Assembly (NCBI RefSeq): GCF_001997385.1
Contig: NZ_CP019633.1
Coordinates: 2,610,001-2,642,000, forward strand
DNA: 32,000 nucleotides
Source of the DNA: Sedimentisphaera cyanobacteriorum
GTDB taxonomy: Bacteria; Planctomycetota; Phycisphaerae; Sedimentisphaerales; Sedimentisphaeraceae
Direction: 5' to 3'
Below are positions 7,247 through 14,830 of this stretch, one piece after another. Below the pieces are notes generated by a model. The model was given only the letters and a program-made list of their open reading frames with translations, was not told where the DNA came from and made no database searches. The translations under genes and the position numbers were made by a program. The first letter of the stretch is position 1; every line of letters begins with the position of its first letter.

Positions 7247-9472
7247 TTGATTACTCTAAACTGGATTGTCGTATTATTATTTATCTGCGGCCTTACTGCC
7301 TGTGCAGCATACACAAGGAAATATTTACGAAACGTGGAAAGCTTTTTAGCCGCAGAAAGATGCGGCGGCAGGTATATGATATCTGTCTCAAACAGTATGG
7401 CTGGGCTTGGTGTTATATCTTTAATGTATTTATTTCAGATAAGCTACGACACTGGTTTTACCAGCAATTGGTGGTTTATGGTATCCGGTACATTCAGCCC
7501 TGTGGCTATTTTTATCGCTCTCTCTGGGTGGGTGGTTTATCGATTCAGGCAGACCAGAGCAATGACTTTGCCCGAATTCTTAGAAATGCGATACAGCAGA
7601 GGTTTCAGGGTGTTTGCAGGGATTGTAGCGTTTGTATCAGGCATTTTGAATTTTGGCATATTCCCTTCCATTGGAGCAAGATTTTTTATGTTCTTTTGCG
7701 ATTTGCCGGAAACGTTCAAGTTGTTTGGTCTCCCGCTTGAGGTGCAGATGTTCCCATTCATTATGGTTATTATTCTTGGCATTTCAGTATTCTTTACCTT
7801 TTCCGGAGGCCAGATAACAGTGATGTTTACTGACTTCATACAGGGGGCATTTACTACTTTTGTATTTGCTTTGGTGGTTGGCTGTCTGTTTCACACTTTT
7901 TCTAAGACGGAGATTGCTGAAACAGTTCTTTCCGCTTCATCCGGCCGATCTCTTGTTAACCCCTTTGACCTTGCCAAAGAGGAAAACTTTAATATTAGAT
8001 TTTATCTCATTGCTATTTTTATGAACTTTTATCTGCTTCTTGCATGGCAGGGTACAGCGGGATACAACTGCTGTGCTAAGAATCCGCATGAAGCAAAGAT
8101 GGCAAAGGTGCTTGAGCCCTGGAAGCTTTTGGGGATTATACCTGTTTTAACGGTATTTATGCCAATTGGAGTGAGGATATATACTCAACATGAGAACTAT
8201 GCAGATAAGGCAGTTGAAGTTAATGCAGCTTTGAATGAGTATGTGGCTGAGGATCTGGCTAAGCTAGCCCAAGACAATGATTCCAGAGCAGATGATTATC
8301 TCTTGCTGAGCACCTTGAATAATGCTGAAGCTGAGCAGCTAACTGCAATATATAAGAAGTCTGATCAGATTCTCGAAGAATCAGATTATGCAGGAGTTGA
8401 GCCGTTGCAGGGCAGGAAACCTGAGGAGGTTTCAAAGCTGGCCAGGCTCTATCACGATAAGACAGATGAAGTGTCAAGTCAGATGAGGCTGCCTCTTGTG
8501 ATTGGTAATATTATCCCTGTATGGCTTAAAGGGCTGTTCTGTGCTGCGATGTTGGCGGCATTCATAAGCACGCACAATACCTATCTGCATTCTTGGGGAA
8601 GTATGTTTATGCAGGATGTTGTGCTTCCTTTCAGGAAGAAGCCGCTTTCAAATAAGCATCATCTCAGATTGCTGAAGCTTGCAATGATTGGTGTGGCGAT
8701 ATACGTGTTTTTCTTTAGCCTTAATTTCAAACATGCCCAGCGCATTATGCTCTACTGCCAGATAACAGCTTCTATATTTTTTGCCGGTGCAGGTACTGTT
8801 ATAATCGGCGGTCTATACTGGAAACGCGGTACAAATAAAGCCGCTTGGTTTGCAATGGCAGCAGGCGTAATATTTTCAATAATTGCTATAATGATAACGC
8901 AGTCGGGCGTTTCCGCTGTTGACGGGGCGATAGAAAAGCCGTTTTGGGTTTCTGTAACCAGCGGCCTCGAGAAGATAGGTTGTGCTGAAGCTTTCTGGGA
9001 AATGGCGAGAAATATTTTTGCTTTAAACTCGCAGGAGTTTCTGTTTATCATAAGCTGTTTATGTATTACGATTTACGTAATAACCTCGCTGGTCTCCAAA
9101 GAACCTGCTCACAATATGGACAAACTTCTTCACAGAGGAAAGTATGCGATCAAGGATGACCAGATTGCTCAGCTCAACAAGGAAGATTCAATTGCTTCTC
9201 GTCTGGGTTTATCAAAGAGCTTTACGAAGGGTGATTGTGCTATTGCAATAGTTTCTATCGTTTGGATTGTATTCTGGCTGATAGTTTTTATTGCTGGTTC
9301 TGTAATGCGGAAGAGTATTACTGATACTCAGTGGCTGGATTTCTGGTATGTTTGGATGTGGGTTATGTATATAGTGGGTATCATTGTTATGATATGGCTC
9401 ACGATTGGCGGTTTCAAAGACTTGAAGGTCTTTATTAAAACTCTTAAGGGACTGGGCCAAGATGAAGCGTAG
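7247..9472 (+). CDS. Sodium:solute symporter (SSF/SLC5) family transporter, unusually long (741 aa)
   Basis: Many hydrophobic helices, and an SSF-like N-terminus (TM1 followed by ESFLAAERCGG, comparable to DYFLAGR). The start is TTG at 7247, with AGGAG (7235-7239) 7 nt upstream. The next in-frame Met would delete TM1. A ~100-aa hydrophilic insert and a C-terminal extension explain the extra length. Confidence 0.8.
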   Translation: MITLNWIVVLLFICGLTACAAYTRKYLRNVESFLAAERCGGRYMISVSNSMAGLGVISLMYLFQISYDTGFTSNWWFMVSGTFSPVAIFIALSGWVVYRFRQTRAMTLPEFLEMRYSRGFRVFAGIVAFVSGILNFGIFPSIGARFFMFFCDLPETFKLFGLPLEVQMFPFIMVIILGISVFFTFSGGQITVMFTDFIQGAFTTFVFALVVGCLFHTFSKTEIAETVLSASSGRSLVNPFDLAKEENFNIRFYLIAIFMNFYLLLAWQGTAGYNCCAKNPHEAKMAKVLEPWKLLGIIPVLTVFMPIGVRIYTQHENYADKAVEVNAALNEYVAEDLAKLAQDNDSRADDYLLLSTLNNAEAEQLTAIYKKSDQILEESDYAGVEPLQGRKPEEVSKLARLYHDKTDEVSSQMRLPLVIGNIIPVWLKGLFCAAMLAAFISTHNTYLHSWGSMFMQDVVLPFRKKPLSNKHHLRLLKLAMIGVAIYVFFFSLNFKHAQRIMLYCQITASIFFAGAGTVIIGGLYWKRGTNKAAWFAMAAGVIFSIIAIMITQSGVSAVDGAIEKPFWVSVTSGLEKIGCAEAFWEMARNIFALNSQEFLFIISCLCITIYVITSLVSKEPAHNMDKLLHRGKYAIKDDQIAQLNKEDSIASRLGLSKSFTKGDCAIAIVSIVWIVFWLIVFIAGSVMRKSITDTQWLDFWYVWMWVMYIVGIIVMIWLTIGGFKDLKVFIKTLKGLGQDEA

Positions 9473-10289
9473 AGTAATCTTAATATTATTTTTCATTGTT
9501 GCGTTTTATCTAACCGGATGCAGTTCATACGAACCGATAATTATTGCACACCGCGGCAATTCCGGCTATGCACCGGAGAATACAGAAGCAGCCGTTAAGA
9601 GCGCTTGGCAGGTAAAGGCTGATGCTGTTGAGGTGGATGTGCATATCACAAAAGACGATCAGGTAGTAGTTTTGCATGATGGAAACACAAAACGCACAAG
9701 CGGAGAAGATTTCGTTGTTGAAAATTGCAGCTATGCTGATATTGCCTCTTTAGATGTTGGTTCGCATAAAGGGTGGCATTTCAGGAATGAACGAATTCCG
9801 CTGCTGAAAGATATTATTGACACTGTCCCGGAAGGTAAGCAGTTATTTGTAGAGGTTAAATGCTCAGAGAGAATTATTCCGTTCCTCAAAGACATTTTCT
9901 CCAAGAGCGGGAAGATTCAGCAGCTTTGCATAATATCGTTCAATCTTGAATTGCTTGGTAAGGCAAAGAAGGTTATGCCGCAGGTGCCGATGTACTGGCT
10001 TGCCTCGCCGCGAAAAGCAGAAGGCGGTGAATATTTGCCTTTCGATGCTGAATATATTCAATCTGCAAAGAAGCATGGCCTTGACGGACTTAATTTAAGC
10101 TATGGGATGCTGAGTGAGTCTTTTGTTAAGCAGGTGCATAAAAATGGTCTTGAGCTTTTTGTATGGACAGTCAATTATCTGCCTGATGCAGAGAGGATGA
10201 GGGCCTGGGGCGTTGATGGGATTACAACAAATTATCCTGCAGATGTTTTGATGATATTTGATAATAACAGTGGCTGCTATGAAAACTAA
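9462..10289 (+). CDS. Glycerophosphodiester phosphodiesterase (GDPD) family lipoprotein
   Basis: Signal peptide with lipobox LTGC. GDPD signature: IIAHRGNSGYAPENTEAAV...ADAVEVDVHITKDDQVVVLHDGNTKRTSG. The start overlaps the symporter stop by 11 nt. Confidence 0.85.
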   Translation: MKRRVILILFFIVAFYLTGCSSYEPIIIAHRGNSGYAPENTEAAVKSAWQVKADAVEVDVHITKDDQVVVLHDGNTKRTSGEDFVVENCSYADIASLDVGSHKGWHFRNERIPLLKDIIDTVPEGKQLFVEVKCSERIIPFLKDIFSKSGKIQQLCIISFNLELLGKAKKVMPQVPMYWLASPRKAEGGEYLPFDAEYIQSAKKHGLDGLNLSYGMLSESFVKQVHKNGLELFVWTVNYLPDAERMRAWGVDGITTNYPADVLMIFDNNSGCYEN

Positions 10290-13155
10290 ATTCTTATTTG
10301 TATTGCTTATCTCACTTTTAAATATTTCTTTTGCTGATTATATCGCAAGAGATGATGGCGGGTCTGTGAAGTCATTTTCCCAAACTGTTGGTGATATGCA
10401 TCTCTCGTATGTTCCAAGGCTTGGTATGTCGCTTTCTGTTCGTGGAACGAATGTCATAACAAGCAGTTCTTTTGCAGTTGTTTCTGCTGGCTGGACAGAA
10501 AAGTATTTTGCTACCATGGCCCAGACCAGACTCCACAAGCTGGAGGTTGAGGACTATAATGGCGGCAAAAGACTTATCCTCCATCATTTAAGTTCAACTG
10601 ATCCCGAGCAGCTTGTAACAGGAACCGAAACTTATACTATGCTGCCTGATAATACTTTTACAATCGAGTATGATTTGGCCTTTGCAGGGCAAGGGCAGGC
10701 CTTTTATGAGGGGCAGGTAGGTGCATTAAATGCTTTGCCTATTGTTGGCGAGAAATTTGTTTCGTATGCTGATGGCGTTAAGAAGACAGGTATTGTGCCT
10801 CTTGAAGCGATCAGCTCAGATGCAGAAGAAGCTACGGTTGCCTGTGATTTTGATAAGCTTATCTTGCAGACAAGGCTTGGACAGATAGAGATAATATCGG
10901 ACAGCAGCGATAATATTCGCCTCTTTGATTACAGAAAGAATGCATGGGCAGATTCCACAAATCCGATCTTTTGGTTGGGTTTTCTTGAGAGGCCTTTTCC
11001 CGATGATGGGATAAATTATAAAGTTGCGTTTAGATTTGATCTTAAGAAGGCCGAAAACAGAGTTGAGCGAACAGCTGAAAACAAGCTTTCTGTTAAAGCT
11101 ACTGATAAGGCAAGAGTTCGTAAGTGGGGACAGGATTATATTATGCCTGAGCCTAAGAGCCTTGAATATACTGATGACAAATTTCACATTAATCAGCATA
11201 CAAAGATTTACACTGCCGAAGAAGTAACGCCAAAATTGCAAAGGAGCATAGATTATTTCCTTGAAGATTTTGAAGCAGTATTTGGCTTTGCACCGAAGGT
11301 TGTCAGTAAGAATTCTGGTAAATTAGCAAATACTGTTGTAATCGCCAAGAGCGGCGAATGCGAAAGAGTGGACGAAGAGTTCGAAAAAAACGCTTTAGAA
11401 CTCAATAAGCACGCAGAGGCATATAATCTAATATGCAGTGATGAAGAAATATACATTACAGCTAATACCGATCAAGGTCTTTTCTATTCTCTAACCTCTC
11501 TTATTCAGCTTGCAGTTGTCGAAGAGCAGAAGCAATACTTTAAGGGTGCAATAATCGCAGACTATCCATCATTGGATTTCAGGGGCGTTCATTTTTTCTC
11601 AGGCAAGAATGCCTATTCGCAGATCAGCAAAACTTTGAGAAATCTGCTTGCAAGGCATAAGATCAATATGCTGGCCTTTGAGTGTGAGTATGTCAACTGG
11701 GAATCGAAGAAAAAATCTTGGCACCCGCATTACGGCATGGATAAAAAGGATGCCTTGAAGGTTTTCAAGGATACTTATAAGTACAACATTGAAATGACGC
11801 CTTTTGTTAATTGCCTTGGACATTGTGAATGGCTGTTTGCCAATGGCCAGAATCTTGATTTAGCAGAAGATCCGGATTACCCCTACGCCTACTGTGTAAC
11901 AAATCCTGATACCTATGAGTTTTTATTTGAGCTGTTTGAAGAGATTCTTGATGCTTGCGTTGAGAAGCCGAGATATTTCCATATTGGTCATGATGAAGTT
12001 ACCATCGTAGGCCGTTTCCCATACAGAAGCAAGGATACCGGAAAAACCGCAAGCGAATTATTTTTTGAGGATACCAACAGGCTTTATGAATGGTTTGCCG
12101 ATAGAGATGTTAAAATATCAATGTGGGGTGATATGCTGATCTCCGGCGAGGAGGCAAGCAGCTCTGCTCACGCTCCGAATCCTGAGGAGTCTAAGAAAAG
12201 GCGAGATAAGATTGCCCGAGATGTTCTTATTTGTGATTGGCATTATGAGGTTAATGAGCCTGAAAAATATATATCTCTCGATCTTTTCAAAAAGGATGGG
12301 TTTAAAACAGTAGGCGCTGCTTGGTTTGAGCCTGAGAACATTAAGAATATGGTGCAGGCGGTTAAAAATAATTCACAGAAAGGTATTTTGCAGACAACAT
12401 GGGCGGGTTACAATTTTGCTGTAGATAGAAATGTGTCTCAGTGGAACCAGTATTGGGCATATTTATATGCTGCATATTATGCATGGACAGCGGATACAAG
12501 GTCGCAGGAGGAGCTTGATTTTAGTGCGCCGCAGCTGTTCTGGGATATATGGAACGAAACCAAGCCATTAGCAGAGAATAAGGACGGATACTTTTTTGAC
12601 CTGAGCGATATTTATAATCGCAGATTAAAGGATGACGAGGATTCCACCGACTGGCTTGGCTATGGAGCTGGAAATGATATGTCTGCATTCTCCGGTCAGG
12701 AGCTGCACACCGACACTAACTACCTTATCAAGGCTGGGGCTGAGCAAAATTCAGTTTTATTAACAAGCGGCAATCTCAATCCTAAAGGTGCTTACCCAAA
12801 TAAAGCAGTATTGAATGCGGATATAAAGGCTGATGAGATAAGGATGCTTATTGATACTTCTTTCCCAAATAAGTTTGGAAAAGAGGTCGGGAAGCTCACA
12901 CTCAAATATGCAGATAATACTTCTTACAGCAAACCGCTCAAGTATGGCGAGGATATTCTGGCTTATACAGATTTAAGGGTTGCTCCTAATACGCAAATGG
13001 TTTGGATAGGTGAAAATCAAAATGGTAAAGAAATTTGCGTCCATCAATACATACTTCCAAATCCGAGGCCAAACAAGCAGATTACTTCAATAGAAATTGA
13101 AGGCGGGCAGACAGACAGCTCGCTGCTGCTTTACGCTGTAACTGCTGTGAAATAA
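10279..13155 (+). CDS. GH20-like (beta-N-acetylhexosaminidase-like) multidomain exported hydrolase
   Basis: The ATG at 10279 gives a clean signal peptide (MKTKFLFVLLISLLNISFA); the track start at 10258 is less likely. GH20b-like domain: EAYNLICSDEEIYITANTDQGLFYSLTSLIQL. This is followed by ADYPSLDFRGVHF and FHIGHDEV, where the D-E pair is kept but GGDE is replaced by GHDE. About 270 aa N-terminal and ~300 aa C-terminal have no call. Confidence 0.65.
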   Translation: MKTKFLFVLLISLLNISFADYIARDDGGSVKSFSQTVGDMHLSYVPRLGMSLSVRGTNVITSSSFAVVSAGWTEKYFATMAQTRLHKLEVEDYNGGKRLILHHLSSTDPEQLVTGTETYTMLPDNTFTIEYDLAFAGQGQAFYEGQVGALNALPIVGEKFVSYADGVKKTGIVPLEAISSDAEEATVACDFDKLILQTRLGQIEIISDSSDNIRLFDYRKNAWADSTNPIFWLGFLERPFPDDGINYKVAFRFDLKKAENRVERTAENKLSVKATDKARVRKWGQDYIMPEPKSLEYTDDKFHINQHTKIYTAEEVTPKLQRSIDYFLEDFEAVFGFAPKVVSKNSGKLANTVVIAKSGECERVDEEFEKNALELNKHAEAYNLICSDEEIYITANTDQGLFYSLTSLIQLAVVEEQKQYFKGAIIADYPSLDFRGVHFFSGKNAYSQISKTLRNLLARHKINMLAFECEYVNWESKKKSWHPHYGMDKKDALKVFKDTYKYNIEMTPFVNCLGHCEWLFANGQNLDLAEDPDYPYAYCVTNPDTYEFLFELFEEILDACVEKPRYFHIGHDEVTIVGRFPYRSKDTGKTASELFFEDTNRLYEWFADRDVKISMWGDMLISGEEASSSAHAPNPEESKKRRDKIARDVLICDWHYEVNEPEKYISLDLFKKDGFKTVGAAWFEPENIKNMVQAVKNNSQKGILQTTWAGYNFAVDRNVSQWNQYWAYLYAAYYAWTADTRSQEELDFSAPQLFWDIWNETKPLAENKDGYFFDLSDIYNRRLKDDEDSTDWLGYGAGNDMSAFSGQELHTDTNYLIKAGAEQNSVLLTSGNLNPKGAYPNKAVLNADIKADEIRMLIDTSFPNKFGKEVGKLTLKYADNTSYSKPLKYGEDILAYTDLRVAPNTQMVWIGENQNGKEICVHQYILPNPRPNKQITSIEIEGGQTDSSLLLYAVTAVK

Positions 13156-13166
13156 AGGGTGTTAAA

Positions 13167-14807
13167 ATGAAAAAAATATTACAGTGTTTAATTTTGCTTG
13201 CTCCGGTTCTTTTATATGCTTCCGATATTGTAGATTACCCTTTTGAAGGAGTTAAGCATATTCATCGAACCTTAACAGAGCCGCGAAACATTAACATAAA
13301 TATTGTTGAGATAGAGCTTTCTGCTGAGGGTATAGGTTTCGCAGTTACTCCAAGCAATGGCGAGAGCCCAGGCGATGCAGACGCCTGCACCACTACAAGC
13401 TTTATGCAGAGTGCCGGCTGCCAGATTGCTGTCAATGCCGGTTTCTATAATATGATAACAAATGATGTATTGGGCTATGTATGCGCCAGGGGCTATGCGT
13501 ATTCTCCTTTTATGGATTTAAGCTCGGAATCATGGCCGCAGCCTTATGCAGCTCTCAATATTTCACCATATAATCAGCCTGATATGATATTCCCGGCAGA
13601 TGACCAGCCTTTGGGTACTGCTTCCACACCTGTGCATCAGCCTTGGAATGCTGTACCGGGCAGTGAGTGGATTGTTCGTGAAGGTGCTGCGATTGTTGAT
13701 GACAGCTGGCCTGTTAATACAGGCCTGCATCCAAGAACCGCAGGGGGGTACAATCAGGACAAGAGCATATTGTACTTGGTAACGGTTGACGGCAGGCAAA
13801 ACGGCTTCAGCGAAGGAATGACAGTTCAAGAAGTTGCACAGCTCCTTGTTGACCTTGGAGTATATCAGGGCATAAATTTTGACGGCGGCGGCTCTACAAC
13901 AATGGCTTTTGCCGATCCTGCACCGCGAGTTGTGAACTCTCCTTCAGGCGGTTCACAAAGATCTGTTGCCAACCATCTTGGAGTTTATGCAAATTATGAT
14001 GATGATATTGAGCAGTATTACATTTTCAGCGGCTTTGAGAACAGCAGTGAAGGAACATTTACTTATTCTCCCGGCTATTCCGGCTCAACCCAAGGAATAA
14101 TCTCCTCCTATTCAACAGCATACCCAAACACTTCTCGATTTTGGTCAGGCCAATGGTCGGAAAAGCTTGTGATCGCTGAAGACCCTGCTGTTAGCAGTGT
14201 AAGCGAGAACCCTCAGGGCGGCTGGTTTGTTCGCTGGGTCTCCGGGGCATCTGCGAGCCCCTCTGAAAATGTTTCTCGGCCGGCAGAAGGTTATATAGGC
14301 TTCTGGGCAAGGACTTCCTACGAAGGACTGCAGGTCTCTATGTGCATTGATAATGATTCTCAAATGGAGAGAGGCGTACCCGTAGAAATGCAGCCGGACG
14401 GATATTGGCATTGTTATCAATGGTCGCTTGAAGATGATTCGAAGTGGGAAGGGTGGTACAATGGAGACGGATCAGTTTCGGAAGATACTTTCACTATAGA
14501 CAGCATTCAACTATTAGGTCCAAATACTAATGCAGTGGTCTATATTGATGATATAAGCCATGATGCGGCTGGTTCGCTGGAGCGTTATGAAAATTGCGAA
14601 CAAATATGGAAGTCAGGCAGGGGGATGGCTCCTGATTATAATCAGGACTGTGTTATAGATTCACAAGACCTTGAGGTGTTTGCGAGAAATTGGCTTGAAT
14701 GCTCTTCTGTGTATGATTTGGTTTCTACTTCAAGCGGAAGGGTTGATATGATAGATCTTGGGTATTTCTCAAAGTTTTGGCTTTCGAGTAATGATCCTGA
14801 AAAATAA
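13167..14807 (+). CDS. Phosphodiester glycosidase family protein (NAGPA 'uncovering enzyme'-like, DUF2233/PF09992-like) + CBM-like domain + C-terminal dockerin-like module
   Basis: Signal peptide present. The motif HPRTAGGYNQDKSILYLVTVDGRQNGFSEGMTVQEVAQLLVDLGVYQGINFDGGGSTTM is the family hallmark (HPRTA..DGR..S.G.T..E.A..L..LG...A.NLDGGGS). The C-terminus has DYNQDCVIDSQDLEVFARNWL and a second degenerate repeat. Confidence 0.8.
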   Translation: MKKILQCLILLAPVLLYASDIVDYPFEGVKHIHRTLTEPRNININIVEIELSAEGIGFAVTPSNGESPGDADACTTTSFMQSAGCQIAVNAGFYNMITNDVLGYVCARGYAYSPFMDLSSESWPQPYAALNISPYNQPDMIFPADDQPLGTASTPVHQPWNAVPGSEWIVREGAAIVDDSWPVNTGLHPRTAGGYNQDKSILYLVTVDGRQNGFSEGMTVQEVAQLLVDLGVYQGINFDGGGSTTMAFADPAPRVVNSPSGGSQRSVANHLGVYANYDDDIEQYYIFSGFENSSEGTFTYSPGYSGSTQGIISSYSTAYPNTSRFWSGQWSEKLVIAEDPAVSSVSENPQGGWFVRWVSGASASPSENVSRPAEGYIGFWARTSYEGLQVSMCIDNDSQMERGVPVEMQPDGYWHCYQWSLEDDSKWEGWYNGDGSVSEDTFTIDSIQLLGPNTNAVVYIDDISHDAAGSLERYENCEQIWKSGRGMAPDYNQDCVIDSQDLEVFARNWLECSSVYDLVSTSSGRVDMIDLGYFSKFWLSSNDPEK

Positions 14808-14830
14808 TATATGAAAATAATGCGGCTTTG

